DNA of 63,999 nt, filler included, from a bacterium (GTDB lineage Bacteria > JALSQH01): the NCBI GenBank assembly GCA_027004335.1. It is 16 parts of 16 records of this genome, joined end to end, with 100 filler letters (N's around TTAATTAATTAA, not from the genome) between each part and the next. Parts side by side here need not be neighbours in the genome. Positions count along the whole stretch, not along the records: positions 1 to 2,988 come from JALTID010000165.1; positions 3,089 to 6,072 come from JALTID010000166.1; positions 6,173 to 9,145 come from JALTID010000167.1; positions 9,246 to 12,212 come from JALTID010000168.1; 12 more parts are not named here. One strand, written 5' to 3'. Positions within the stretch are counted from its first letter, which is position 1; each line of letters opens with the position of its first letter. The notes beneath the pieces were generated by a model. That model saw nothing but the letters and a program-made list of their open reading frames with translations. It was not told the origin of the DNA and did not search any database. Positions 1 through 10,381 of this stretch are shown piece after piece. The position numbers were made by a program, and so were the translations under genes.

Positions 1-579
1 CGCAACTGTTATGATCTTGAGGTTATGTTTTGCAGCAAATTCTTCCAGATCAGGTCTTCTCGCCATTGTACCATCATCTTTCATGATTTCACAGATCACA
101 GCGGCTGGTTTTAGCCCTGCCAATTTCATAAGGTCCACTGAACCTTCTGTCTGGCCTGTTCTCACCAGAACGCCACCTTTTCTGGCTATGAGTGGAAAAA
201 CATGTCCAGGTCTGACAAAATCCTCTGGGGTAGAATTCTCATCCACTATCTTTCGTATCGTAACAGATCTGTCATATGCAGAAATACCTGTTGTTGTTCC
301 ATCTTTTGCGTCAACTGAAACTGTGAAAGCAGTTCCAAATCTTGAGGTGTTCTCTGGGACCATGGGTTTTAGATTCAATCTTTCCGCAATATCCTGATCC
401 ACAGCTACGCAGATGAGACCTCTTCCCTCTTTTGCCATGAAATTTATTGTTTCCGGAGTTGCGAATTCCGCTGCAACAACCAGATCTCCCTCGTTTTCTC
501 TATCTTCATCATCCATCATGATCACCATTTCACCATTTCTTACTGCTCTGGTGGCTTCTTCAACTGCTTTTATGCTCAT
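1..579 (-). CDS. ribB: 3,4-dihydroxy-2-butanone-4-phosphate synthase (RibB or the N-terminal part of RibBA), runs off window start
   Basis: Manual translation from ATG at 579: [33 protein letters not shown]..., later [16 protein letters not shown]; directly follows riboflavin synthase. Confidence 0.93.
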   Translation of the reverse strand, partial: MSIKAVEEATRAVRNGEMVIMMDDEDRENEGDLVVAAEFATPETINFMAKEGRGLICVAVDQDIAERLNLKPMVPENTSRFGTAFTVSVDAKDGTTTGISAYDRSVTIRKIVDENSTPEDFVRPGHVFPLIARKGGVLVRTGQTEGSVDLMKLAGLKPAAVICEIMKDDGTMARRPDLEEFAAKHNLKIITVA

Positions 580-1242
580 TTATTCTCCTCCATTAAAATA
601 TGGACTATCTTTCAAAATTTCTGCTAAATTTTTATTACTCTCCATAAAATTTGATAGCATATTGAGTATATATTTTGCTATCAAATCATATTCAATGTTA
701 ACAATGGTACCTGGCTTATATGTTGAAATTATCGTCATTTCCCATGTATGAGGTATAATTGTAACAGAGAATTTATCCTCCCATACTTTGTTTACTGTAA
801 GACTAACTCCATCAATAGCTATGCTTCCTTTTTGAACTACAAGTTTAATGTTTTCTTTGCTTCCAGCCTGAAATGTTATCTCCCTTGCATCACCTGATGG
901 CTGGATTGAAACAACTTTTCCAGTTTCATCTACATGTCCCTGTACAAGATGGCCTCCAAGGNNNNNNNNNNAGGGGGTCACCGATTTCTCAAGATTGACA
1001 GGGGCTTCCGCTGAAAGCAGTTTCAGATTAGTTTTTTCAAGAGTCTCATTGGATGTAAATGCTGAAAAATGGTCTTTTCCAACTTCTACGGCAGTAAGAC
1101 AGGCACCATTAACAGCTATTGAATCACCTGCTCTGATATCTTCTAAAAAAGTTTCGCCAGTTATGACGCTTATCTCAGCACCTTTTTGATTTCTCAATAT
1201 TTTTTTTGTCTTACCTATGGTTTCGACAAGTCCTGTAAACAT
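580..1242 (-). CDS. ribE: riboflavin synthase (alpha chain); contains a 10-N scaffold gap
   Basis: MFTGLVE start, [36 protein letters not shown] motifs. Confidence 0.95.
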   Translation of the reverse strand: MFTGLVETIGKTKKILRNQKGAEISVITGETFLEDIRAGDSIAVNGACLTAVEVGKDHFSAFTSNETLEKTNLKLLSAEAPVNLEKSVTPXXXXLGGHLVQGHVDETGKVVSIQPSGDAREITFQAGSKENIKLVVQKGSIAIDGVSLTVNKVWEDKFSVTIIPHTWEMTIISTYKPGTIVNIEYDLIAKYILNMLSNFMESNKNLAEILKDSPYFNGGE

Positions 1243-2378
1243 TATCTTATTCCTTCAAAGATCGTATTAAAACTCTTTTCGAAAAAGTAGTGGAGTTTAA
1301 TGTCACCATTTCGAAATTTTCTTGTTTTGAAAAGTTTTAACATTATTGCTTCACTCATTTTGTCCTTTTTAGTTTTGTATAAATCCCTTCCTTCCCCGAT
1401 GATCTTCGGCGCATAGTAAATAATTAGCTCACCTCCCAGTTTTTCTTCAAGAATTTCTGATATAAGGTAGCCACCTCCTTCCACTCCAATTTTAATCAAG
1501 TCCTCTGAGCCCAAAAAACTCAGGATTTCACTTACTTTAATTTTATCTCTACACTTTTTTATTGCAACTGGAAGATGTCCTTTTTCCTTAATTTTTCTAA
1601 TTTTTTCACTGTCTTCATATCTGGTGCAATAAAAAACATATGTCTGGGCAGAGTTATCCAGAATTTTTGCAGTGATCGGGATCTTAAGATGTGGATCAAC
1701 TACTGCTCTAAATGGCTGGTGAGATGTGGGAATTGATCTTACAGTAAGCTGTGGATCATCTTTTAATACGGTATTAATGCCTACCATGACAAGGTCCAGT
1801 TCTTTTCTCCAGTGATGCACATCTCGCCTTGCCTCCTCGCCTGTTATCCACTTTGAATCACCGGAGAGGGTTGCCATCTTACCATCAAGAGTAAGGGCCG
1901 ATTTTATAGAAACCCATGGTTGTTTCTCTTTTATCCAGTAAATAAAGTGCCTGTTGAGGAACCTTGCTTCTTTTTCCAGAACCCCTGTTAAAACTTCTAC
2001 TCCTGCATTTTGCAATTTTTCTACACCGCCTCCTGCTATCGGGTTCGGATCTCTCATACCGATCACGACCCTTTTAATTCCTGCTCCTACGATTCTATCA
2101 GTGCAGGGAGGAGTTCTACCGTAGTGGTTGCAGGGTTCAAGATTAACATAGAGGTCGGCTCCTCTTGATTTTTTACCTGCTCTTTCAATGGCTATGGCTT
2201 CTGCGTGAGGTTCACCAGCTTTTCTGTGATATCCAGTAGCAATTATATTGCCGTTTTTTACTATTATTGCACCTACATGAGGGTTAGGGGAGGTTGTTCC
2301 TGCACCCTTTTGTGCAAGATTCAGTGCCTTCCTCATGTAAAATTCATCTTTTTTCTGCTGCGAACTTTTTCCTGACAT
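1242..2378 (-). CDS. ribD: bifunctional diaminohydroxyphosphoribosylaminopyrimidine deaminase / reductase
   Basis: PNPHVGA, HAE and LEPCNHYGRTPPC deaminase motifs; TLDGK..SKWIT reductase domain. Confidence 0.96.
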   Translation of the reverse strand: MSGKSSQQKKDEFYMRKALNLAQKGAGTTSPNPHVGAIIVKNGNIIATGYHRKAGEPHAEAIAIERAGKKSRGADLYVNLEPCNHYGRTPPCTDRIVGAGIKRVVIGMRDPNPIAGGGVEKLQNAGVEVLTGVLEKEARFLNRHFIYWIKEKQPWVSIKSALTLDGKMATLSGDSKWITGEEARRDVHHWRKELDLVMVGINTVLKDDPQLTVRSIPTSHQPFRAVVDPHLKIPITAKILDNSAQTYVFYCTRYEDSEKIRKIKEKGHLPVAIKKCRDKIKVSEILSFLGSEDLIKIGVEGGGYLISEILEEKLGGELIIYYAPKIIGEGRDLYKTKKDKMSEAIMLKLFKTRKFRNGDIKLHYFFEKSFNTIFEGIR

Positions 2379-2988
2379 ATATGAATACTAAAATTAATAG
2401 AAATATTCCCGGATCAAAGGAGCTGTTACCAGATGTTCTGCAACCACATCCTGTTGAGGGTTCTCCTATTTCAATGGAGTAAGTTTTTGTTTCAACTGTT
2501 TCGTCATAAGGGGAGGTTCCTTTAATTCTGTAGTAAAATTTGTTGTATGATGAAACTTTAAGTGTTATTTCATGCCTTGTAGAGTAACTCATAATAGATA
2601 CAGAAGATTTTTTACTATTATTTTCCTCCCAGTATTCAACAGTTGAATCTACCAGTCTGTTTGTGTACCAGGAGATTTTAATTGTGCCTTCTATATTATC
2701 TCTTGTGACTTTAATATTAAAAATCTGAAGTGGGTCTCTCTGTATATGTTCCGGTTTGAGAAGGCTGTAAACACCGTCAAGGGAAAATTTTCCATACCCC
2801 CATGTGTCGTTGGGAGTACTCCCTGTAAAGTAATCTTCCTTTGCATTTTGTGTCAGCAAGTTATATAGATCAAGGTAGGGGATTGTTTCCTCCACCTGCA
2901 AAATAAGGGCGATCCCACCTGCAACCACAGGGGAAGCCATGCTTGTTCCCCTCATAAGGTCGTGGTATTTGTCAATAATTAATTCAGA
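2344..2988 (-). CDS. S8 subtilisin-family peptidase, C-terminal part, with FN3-like domain and MYXO-CTERM-like sorting tail (5' truncated)
   Basis: GTSMASP catalytic Ser motif, WGYG; tail GCGCRTSGNSSFDPGIFLLILVFIYVRKK (Cys motif, TM helix, basic residues). Confidence 0.85.
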   Translation of the reverse strand, partial: SELIIDKYHDLMRGTSMASPVVAGGIALILQVEETIPYLDLYNLLTQNAKEDYFTGSTPNDTWGYGKFSLDGVYSLLKPEHIQRDPLQIFNIKVTRDNIEGTIKISWYTNRLVDSTVEYWEENNSKKSSVSIMSYSTRHEITLKVSSYNKFYYRIKGTSPYDETVETKTYSIEIGEPSTGCGCRTSGNSSFDPGIFLLILVFIYVRKKFAAEKR

Positions 2989-3088
2989 NNNNNNNNNNNN
3001 NNNNNNNNNNNNNNNNNNNNNNNNNNNNNNNNTTAATTAATTAANNNNNNNNNNNNNNNNNNNNNNNNNNNNNNNNNNNNNNNNNNNN
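2989..3088. other. artificial contig linker (44 N + TTAATTAATTAA + 44 N); same linker at 6073, 9146, 12213, 21046, 24079, 32886, 35897, 44570, 47499, 50426, 53308, 56179, 59014, 61804
   Basis: Identical 100-nt block with stops in all six frames, 15 times; genes truncate at each one. Confidence 0.99.
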
Positions 3089-3681
3089 ATAATAACCCTT
3101 CTTCCCTTAATTGTCAACCTCCCCTCTGCAAAAAGTTTTATTGCAAGTGAATAAATTATATGTTCCTGCTCAAGTATCCTTAGCCTCACATCCTCTGCAG
3201 TATCATCACTGTAAACAGGAACAGCAGCCTGAACAATAATTGGCCCTGTATCTGTTCCCTCATCTACAAAATGAACTGTGCATCCCGCTATTTTCACACC
3301 ATATTCCCACTGTTTCTCCTGCACATCTATCCCTGGAAAAGCAGGCAACAAGGCGGGATGTATATTCATCAAACGACCATAATAATGCCTGACAAAAAAC
3401 GGAGTTAATACCCTCATAAATCCTGCGAGTGCCACAAGATCAACTCCATGATTATCAAGAATATCAATCAATTCTTTTTCAAATTCCTTCCTCTCTTTAC
3501 CCTTATGAGAAACATAATATTCAGGGATTCCAGCTTTCCTAGCTCTCTCTCTTCCATAGGCATCTTCCCTGTTAGAAATCACCACCGCCACCTTACCATC
3601 TATATAGCCTGAATTACAGGAATCAATTATAGATTGAAGATTGGTCCCACTCCCGGAGATCAAGACCCCTATCTTTATCAC
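3089..3681 (-). CDS. purN: phosphoribosylglycinamide formyltransferase (3' end at contig edge)
   Basis: VLISGSGTNLQS, LAGFMRVL, NIHPALLP, GCTVHFVDEGTDTGPII. Confidence 0.96.
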
Positions 3682-4748
3682 ATATTACCCCCTTCCAAGA
3701 TTACAGATGGGATCCCATTATTTGATTTCCTTATTCCTCCTATGAGAAAAGCTCTCTCCCCTGCATTGGTTAGATATTCAATAAGGGATTCCACATCTTC
3801 TTTATTTATAATCAGGACCATTCCGATCCCCATATTAAATGTCTTCCACATTTCATCTTTCGGGACATTCCCCTCTCTCTGAATTAAATCAAAGATAGGG
3901 GGAATATCCCATGAATTTTGATCTATTATAGCCTTAGTCCCCGCAGGCAGGATTCTTACCAGATTTCCAGGAATACCGCCCCCGGTAATGTGTGCAATTC
4001 CGTGAATATCAAAATTTTTCGTTATTGATTGAAGAATCTTAACATAAATTCTCGTGGGTTCCAGCAATTCCTCAATAAGAGGCCTCCCCAACTCAGGGAA
4101 AAATTTATCCAGGGGATATTTCTTCTTACTGAAAAAAACCTTTCTCATCAGAGAGAAACCGTTGGAATGTAAACCTGAAGAGGCAAGACCTACCACTGCA
4201 TCCTCAGCAGTTATTGAAGAACCGTCAATGATCCTATCCTGCTCAACAATACCAAGTGAAAAACCTGCAAGATCATACTCACCTTTTTTGTACATCCCTG
4301 GCATCTCCGCTGTCTCACCACCAAGAAGGGTGCAACCAGCAATTTTACAACCTTCAACAATTCCAGAAATAATATTCTCAAACGGTATAGATTTCAAATC
4401 AGCAGCTGCAATATAATCGAGCATGAAAACTGGTTCCGCCCCTGTTACAAGAACATCATTAACACACATTGCTACAAGATCTATACCCACGGTGTTGTGT
4501 ATCCCTGAGGCAAAAGCAAGTTTTAATTTTGTGCCAACTCCATCAGTGGAAGAAACAAGCACAGGCTCGGTGTAGGAATTTGTATTTACTTTAAAAAGAC
4601 CGCTGAAGCCTCCTATTTCAGATAGTACTTCAGGCCGAAAGGTCTCTTTTATCTTCTTTTTAGCCCCTTCTATGAGTTTTTCAGCATATTGAATATCCAC
4701 GCCGGCACTTTTATAGGTGGTTTTAATAGTCTTAGCCATTATATTCAC
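3678..4748 (-). CDS. purM: phosphoribosylformylglycinamidine cyclo-ligase (start may be ATG 4739)
   Basis: YKSAGVDI, STDGVGTK, GGETAEMPG, SSGLHSNG, AHITGGG. Confidence 0.96.
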   Translation of the reverse strand: MNIMAKTIKTTYKSAGVDIQYAEKLIEGAKKKIKETFRPEVLSEIGGFSGLFKVNTNSYTEPVLVSSTDGVGTKLKLAFASGIHNTVGIDLVAMCVNDVLVTGAEPVFMLDYIAAADLKSIPFENIISGIVEGCKIAGCTLLGGETAEMPGMYKKGEYDLAGFSLGIVEQDRIIDGSSITAEDAVVGLASSGLHSNGFSLMRKVFFSKKKYPLDKFFPELGRPLIEELLEPTRIYVKILQSITKNFDIHGIAHITGGGIPGNLVRILPAGTKAIIDQNSWDIPPIFDLIQREGNVPKDEMWKTFNMGIGMVLIINKEDVESLIEYLTNAGERAFLIGGIRKSNNGIPSVILEGGNM

Positions 4749-5167
4749 TCCTTCGCTTCACCCATTACCTTCACAGCAATCCTCCTTTTTCTGGGACCGT
4801 CAAATTCTCCCAAATAAATACCCTGCCATTCACCTAACTCAAGTTTCCCCTCGCTTACCGGGATCACCACACTCACACCAACAAGTAAATTTTTCAGATG
4901 GGCACTGGCATTTCCACCACCATATACATTATGAAGATAATTAGGATCATTGGGAACCTTCTCCTCAAGAAAAGATTCTATATCCTGAGGAAGATATTTA
5001 TCCGTGTTACCAAGATAAATTCCTACTGTTGTATGGCCTGTATAGACAAGCACCATTCCATCTATAATTTTACTTTCAAATAAGATGGATTCAACATAAT
5101 CAGTAATAGGAACCTGTTGAAATTTCTTCTGCGTCTCAATACTTATCCATTTGGTAAAGACCTTCAT
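4745..5167 (-). CDS. YjbQ/UPF0047 family protein
   Basis: HTT, H..N..AHLK, LGEWQGIYLGEFDGPR motifs. Confidence 0.9.
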   Translation of the reverse strand: MKVFTKWISIETQKKFQQVPITDYVESILFESKIIDGMVLVYTGHTTVGIYLGNTDKYLPQDIESFLEEKVPNDPNYLHNVYGGGNASAHLKNLLVGVSVVIPVSEGKLELGEWQGIYLGEFDGPRKRRIAVKVMGEAKE

Positions 5168-5247
5168 AACTTCACCTCTCTTTGAATTTAAATATTCCTG
5201 ATCCGGAAAGATTTTTCAAGTTCATAAAAAAATCCTGTGCAATTTCA

Positions 5248-6072
5248 TTAAAATAACAGATCAGAGACAAAAACAGGAATAACACCTTTCACCCTCAACA
5301 GAGGGTATTCATTTAAAACTTCTTTTACTGTCTGAGGGTGAAGATGGCCAATTACTATCACCTTACCCCTCTTACGGGCAATCTCCACAGCCCTTAACCA
5401 CATTTTCTTTATTTTACCAGAATCAAGAGAATTATCTATAAAAACATTCCGCTTTGCTGTGGGAATTCCGTTTTCAAAGGCGACTTTCCATCCCACACTT
5501 TTACCAGAAGTCATACTATCCAGAAAAAATAGATGTAATTTTTTTACCACTGATGCGAACTTTTCCATGGCATCTCTGTCAGAAGTGAACTTTGAACCTA
5601 CATGATTGTTTATGCCTTTTATATAAAAAAGGTTATCCAGTGATTTTTTTAAAACCTTTCTCATCTCTGCTGGTCCCATATTGACCTTTAACATCCCCTT
5701 AATCATCCTGTTTTCCTTATAGCGAATGGGCTCCATGGGAAGATGAAGCAGCACAAGGTAGTTCTGCTCCCCCAGGAACCTGGATGACCTTCTGGAAAAA
5801 ACCTCAAATGGAAAAACAGCAAAGGAGATTTTGTAATTGAGGTCAGCAAATTTCTTCAAAAGGTGCCATTTATTCCCCACATCATCTATAACAAGAGATA
5901 GGGTTGGTTTATCATAATAAGGTCTCACCACAAGTGCATCTGTTTTTTCAACAACTTTACTAAGACGGAAATAATAAGTATTGTATATCCTCAGTCCCTG
6001 AAATCCAATCTTTTTTATTCTCAAAAAATCTTCAACTTTCTTCACAAATTCGGGTATATTTCTTTTTTTAAT
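5248..6072 (-). CDS. divergent polysaccharide deacetylase (YibQ family), 5' truncated
   Basis: VIDDVG, LHLPMEP, GINNHVGSKFT, FFLDSMT, RNVFID, IGH. Confidence 0.88.
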   Translation of the reverse strand: MKKRNIPEFVKKVEDFLRIKKIGFQGLRIYNTYYFRLSKVVEKTDALVVRPYYDKPTLSLVIDDVGNKWHLLKKFADLNYKISFAVFPFEVFSRRSSRFLGEQNYLVLLHLPMEPIRYKENRMIKGMLKVNMGPAEMRKVLKKSLDNLFYIKGINNHVGSKFTSDRDAMEKFASVVKKLHLFFLDSMTSGKSVGWKVAFENGIPTAKRNVFIDNSLDSGKIKKMWLRAVEIARKRGKVIVIGHLHPQTVKEVLNEYPLLRVKGVIPVFVSDLLF

Positions 6073-6172
6073 NNNNNNNNNNNNNNNNNNNNNNNNNNNN
6101 NNNNNNNNNNNNNNNNTTAATTAATTAANNNNNNNNNNNNNNNNNNNNNNNNNNNNNNNNNNNNNNNNNNNN

Positions 6173-6809
6173 CCTCAAGAGCTTCTTTCAAAGAGAAATG
6201 TGTGGGATGAGAACTATATCTGAGAGCATCTATTATTAACACCTTTATGTTATTTAAATAGTTGTAGCTTTCAGAAGCTATTTTGTTACAATCGGTGAGA
6301 TAAGCAAATCCTTCTGTTACCACCCCCACAACTCTCATCTCACCGTGGTAGAGGAGAACAGGAATTATTTCAATAGGACCAGTTTTAAAAGGAATGCCAG
6401 GATTGATCTCGTGGAGAATCAAAATAGGTTTTCCTCCACCTGAGTAAGAGGTTTCTTCAAAGATATATGAGAATCTTTTTCTTATTTCTTTGATATGTTC
6501 AGGAAAAGAGTAAATGTCGATGGCCCCCATTTTTAGAAAATTGAAAATCCTTAGTTCATCTATTCCATGAAGGTGGTCGGCATGGGTGTGTGTGTAGATT
6601 ACTGCATCAACTCTCCTGATATTTTCTCTCAGTGCCTGGTGGTAGAGATCTGTTGCAGTATCAACCAGTATATTCCAGTTATTACCCTGGATTAAAATAC
6701 TGCTACGGGTTCTTTTGTTTTTGGGATTGCTGGATCTGCATACTTCACAGTCACATCCTATTACAGGTACTCCTGTTGAGGTCCCACAGCCAAGGACAAT
6801 TATCTTCAT
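6173..6809 (-). CDS. MBL-fold metallo-hydrolase, PhnP/lipoate-metabolism type (3' truncated)
   Basis: LGCGTSTGVP..GCDCEVC, THTHADHLHG. Confidence 0.9.
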
Positions 6810-7732
6810 CAGAATAAAACTCCGAATCCTGCCTGAAGGTAATTTTCTACTTCTGATAGATCTCCATCGTAGAAAATCCCTGTGCCCCCAAAAAGGTATG
6901 TGATTTCAGTAATCTTAAAGTCTCCCTGAATATCTATTAAAGAATAGAGATAATGTTTTTTCATTGCTCTAAAAAAGGATAGGTCACTTTTCAATTGGAT
7001 AGCTGAATGGGGGCCGATATCCCATAGAGGTAAAATATAGTGAAAGCCTACTCCTACTCCAGTAAACTGACTCTGATGTAGAGTTGAAGTGAGGTGAAAT
7101 CCCATTGTCTTAAATATAAGATATTCTATTTTTATATTTTCAGTTCCACTGCCTTTTCCCGTAGGAATGTTTATTGTGTATTCCAGAGAGAATCTTCTTA
7201 TAGAGGTAATAATCTTTTTCTTTTTCCCGTCGGTGTCTATCTTCGTAGCTACTCCGAAATTGATAGGGAAGTGTTCTTTCCCGGAGAAATATTTTATAGG
7301 AAACGATGCAGTAACAGGTTCCTGATATGTGATCTCGCTGCTTCCGTCATTTTTTATCAGGATAAAGTGGTATCTGTCACTGAGGCTTGCACCGATTATT
7401 TCATTGGTAATACTGAAAATGATCAGGCTGGAAGAAATAAGTGGGTGGCTGATTGTTAAAAGAGAAGCTATGAAGCTGCCAGTTCCAACAAAATTAAACA
7501 GGAATTTATTATCCGATATATTCAAATGATTAGCTGTGATGGTTCTTTCAAGTGCGCAATATCCTTCCTTTGTGATCTTTATTGAGTATTCTTTGAATGG
7601 TAAAAAGCCCTCCTGAAATTTTAAAGGGGTTTTCCCTATATATTTTCTGTTGAGGATAACATCTGCTCCCGGAGGATCTGTGGTAATTATTATTTCGTGG
7701 GAAAATAAAATTCCCGGAGGAAAAAACAGCAT
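6809..7732 (-). CDS. PEGA-domain protein with a beta-strand-rich C-terminus
   Basis: ITTDPPGADVILNRKYIGKTP..IKITKEGY PEGA pattern; ends in YLQAGFGVLF. Confidence 0.7.
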   Translation of the reverse strand: MLFFPPGILFSHEIIITTDPPGADVILNRKYIGKTPLKFQEGFLPFKEYSIKITKEGYCALERTITANHLNISDNKFLFNFVGTGSFIASLLTISHPLISSSLIIFSITNEIIGASLSDRYHFILIKNDGSSEITYQEPVTASFPIKYFSGKEHFPINFGVATKIDTDGKKKKIITSIRRFSLEYTINIPTGKGSGTENIKIEYLIFKTMGFHLTSTLHQSQFTGVGVGFHYILPLWDIGPHSAIQLKSDLSFFRAMKKHYLYSLIDIQGDFKITEITYLFGGTGIFYDGDLSEVENYLQAGFGVLF

Positions 7733-8877
7733 CAGGATAATAATTTTTTGCCAAGGATTTCTCGCATTATTTCTGATGTTCCGCCTCCTATGGTATATAG
7801 TCTAACATCCCTCAATATTCTTTCAATAGGATAATCTCTTGTGTAGCCATAGCCCCCTAAAAACTGGAGAGCTTCATTGGCCACTTTTATTGAAAGTTCC
7901 CCGATCCAGAGTTTTGCCATTGTAATTTCTGTAAGAGTATCTTCCCCTGAATCGTATTTATCAATTACATAGTAAAGAAATCTTTTGCTTATTTCCACCT
8001 CTGTGATTAGATCAACAAGTCTGTGTCTAAGGATCTGGAAATTGATTATTTTCTGACCAAATGCCTCCCTCTCCTTTGCATAATTAATGGCAATTTCCAG
8101 AGCGTATTCTGCTGCTGCCTGTGCCATTACGACCCCCGACAATCTTTCTGTTTCAAATCCCTTCATTATATAGTAAAATCCCATGTTCTCTTCACCTATA
8201 AGATTTTCTGCAGGAACCTTACAGTTATCAAAAAATAATTCAGCGGTATTTGATGCCCAGTTTCCCATCTTTTTTATGTGGGAACCAATAGAAAACCCTT
8301 CTGTTTTTGTGTCAAAGATGAGAAGGGAGATTCCCCTGTGTTTTTTCTTGGGATCAGTTTTTACCGCCAGAGTTATATAATCGGCAATTGCTCCGTTGGT
8401 TATGAAAGTTTTGCTTCCATTTACAATGTAGTAATCGCCCTCACGCCTTGCGGAGGTTTTAATATTTGCCACATCAGATCCAGCTCCCGGTTCTGTAACC
8501 CCGATGGCGAAAATTTTTTCTCCTTTTAAGGCTGGAATTAAAAATTTTTCTTTCTGTTCCTCTGTCCCGAAATGGTAAATTGCTGGAGTTGCCATATCAG
8601 TTTGAACAAGAATTGCTAAAAGCATCCCGAGTGATCCCCCTCTTGCCATTTCTTCAATAAATACTGTCTCGTAGCTGAAATCAAGTCCTGACCCACCATA
8701 TTTTTCCGGATATTTTATCCCTAAAAAGCCGAGTTCTCCCAGTCTCTTGAAAATTTCTACAGGGAAGTTCCCCTCTTCATCCCATTCAGTTGCATATGGT
8801 TTAATTTCTTTTTCCACAAAGTTCCTAACACTCCTTCTGAATATCTCATGTTCCTCACTGAAGATGTTACATCTCAT
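7732..8877 (-). CDS. acyl-CoA dehydrogenase
   Basis: TEPGAGSDVA, NGSKTFITNG, LGGYGY, IGGGTSEIM; SD GGAGG before ATG 8877. Confidence 0.95.
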   Translation of the reverse strand: MRCNIFSEEHEIFRRSVRNFVEKEIKPYATEWDEEGNFPVEIFKRLGELGFLGIKYPEKYGGSGLDFSYETVFIEEMARGGSLGMLLAILVQTDMATPAIYHFGTEEQKEKFLIPALKGEKIFAIGVTEPGAGSDVANIKTSARREGDYYIVNGSKTFITNGAIADYITLAVKTDPKKKHRGISLLIFDTKTEGFSIGSHIKKMGNWASNTAELFFDNCKVPAENLIGEENMGFYYIMKGFETERLSGVVMAQAAAEYALEIAINYAKEREAFGQKIINFQILRHRLVDLITEVEISKRFLYYVIDKYDSGEDTLTEITMAKLWIGELSIKVANEALQFLGGYGYTRDYPIERILRDVRLYTIGGGTSEIMREILGKKLLS

Positions 8878-8941
8878 TATTCTTCCTCCTCTCATGGAAT
8901 TATAGCAGAAAGAGGCTGGTCCTGAAAATAATTAACACCTG

Positions 8942-8970
8942 TTGACTTATTGTCTTTAATCAAGTATCAT
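8942..8970 (+). promoter_or_regulatory. sigma-70-type promoter TTGACT-N17-TATCAT
   Basis: Consensus match upstream of SD AGGAGG and ATG 8995. Confidence 0.55.
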
Positions 8971-8994
8971 TTATTGTTTGAAAGGAGGTTCAAT

Positions 8995-9145
8995 ATGGTT
9001 TATGGCGGAGAGATAATTGCAAAAATGCTTGCAAAAGAAGGTATCGATACCGTTTTTGGTATTATTGATGGTACATATTTTGGGTTTTACTCAACCCTTC
9101 ACGAATATGGAATAAGGCTTATCACGCCGAGGCACGAATCAATAG
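8995..9145 (+). CDS. thiamine pyrophosphate-binding enzyme (acetolactate synthase / 2-hydroxyacyl-CoA lyase family), N-terminal fragment
   Basis: MVYGGEIIAKMLAKEGIDTVFGI..G...RHE, the TPP_enzyme_N pattern. Confidence 0.85.
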
Positions 9146-9245
9146 NNNNNNNNNNNNNNNNNNNNNNNNNNNNNNNNNNNNNNNNNNNNTTAATTAATTA
9201 ANNNNNNNNNNNNNNNNNNNNNNNNNNNNNNNNNNNNNNNNNNNN

Positions 9246-9663
9246 GATATTATAGCGTCACTATTTTTTTTTTTTTTTTTTGGATTTAGTCTTTCTATAG
9301 TTTGACCTCAAAACCTAAAATTAGGAGTAGATCCATCTACATTTACTGAAAAAAACCGAAACAAAGAGAAAACAAAAGAGGAACTTGATAAAGTGAGAGA
9401 AGAGTCTCTATTAGCAGAAAATAGCTTAAAAGAGGAGATCAGTTCTCTGAAGGATGAGGTGGAGATGCTGGATAAAGAAAAGAAGAAACTTTCTAATGAG
9501 CTTGATAAAAGGGACAAAGAGATAGGTTCTCTCACCGCACAGATACAGGAATTATCCGCTGATATAAAGAGTAGAGAAGAAGAATTAAAGGATTATAAAA
9601 AGGAATGTGATGAGAGNNNNNNNNNNAGTGATTGAAAAAGCGCTTAAGGCTTTTGAAAAATAG
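9246..9663 (+). CDS. coiled-coil protein, C-terminal fragment; spans a 10-N gap
   Basis: E/K/L heptad-rich reading frame; after the gap reads VIEKALKAFEK* followed by the SD of the next gene. Confidence 0.5.
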
Positions 9664-9671
9664 GAGGAAAA

Positions 9672-9926
9672 ATGAAATCCTGGATATGGAAACTTAGTTC
9701 TTTACTCTTACTTTTAATTCTTATTGTGCTTTTTTTCGTGAGGAATTTACAAACTACCTCCCAGGTAGATTTTCTTGTAACTGCCGTTACAATTAAAACA
9801 TGGCAATTAATTGTGATATCATTTTTTCTCGGTGGAATTGTATTTTGTGGGGTGGCTTCAATATATATGATGAGGGGGGAAAAAAAGAAAAGATCTTCTA
9901 ATCAGGGTTCAGAAGGTTCATCGTGA
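9672..9926 (+). CDS. LapA-like small membrane protein
   Basis: Two hydrophobic segments separated by N..QVDFL; SD GGAGG. Confidence 0.65.
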   Translation: MKSWIWKLSSLLLLLILIVLFFVRNLQTTSQVDFLVTAVTIKTWQLIVISFFLGGIVFCGVASIYMMRGEKKKRSSNQGSEGSS

Positions 9927-10381
9927 ATTTTTTCTACAGTATGAGGGATCGCTGGTAGAATGACCTGAAGATTTTCTGTTGCACCCTGCGGACTTCCAGG
10001 AAGATTTACTATCAAGGTCTTACCACATATACCTGTTACTCCACGAGAAATAATAGCATTTGGAGTTTTATCAAAGCCCTTTATTCTCATAATTTCTTCA
10101 AACCCAGGTAATCGCCTGTTTATAACTTCAAGAGTTGCCTCAGGAGTTACATCCCTTGTGGTTACTCCAGTTCCTCCTGTGGTAATAATCAAATCATATC
10201 CAAGGTTACAATAATATCTGAGAGACCTTATAATATAACTTTTTTCATCTGGAATAACACGATATCCAATTTCTCCTGACTCCAGCTCTTTTTTTATGAT
10301 TTCAATAATTGCGGGTCCTGAAAGATCCTTTCTTTCCTTTCTGTATGATCTGTCACTGATTGTCACCACTGCTACTTTCAT
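9902..10381 (-). CDS. mog: molybdopterin adenylyltransferase MogA/MoaB family
   Basis: TISDR..DLSGP, TTGGTG..RDVTPEAT, NLPGSP. Confidence 0.92.
   Translation of the reverse strand: MKVAVVTISDRSYRKERKDLSGPAIIEIIKKELESGEIGYRVIPDEKSYIIRSLRYYCNLGYDLIITTGGTGVTTRDVTPEATLEVINRRLPGFEEIMRIKGFDKTPNAIISRGVTGICGKTLIVNLPGSPQGATENLQVILPAIPHTVEKIHDEPSEP

Noticed and set aside
2344-2420. FMN riboswitch before ribD (likewise glmS ribozyme before glmS and T-box before proS)
   Set aside because: Each of these genes abuts or overlaps an upstream CDS, leaving no leader
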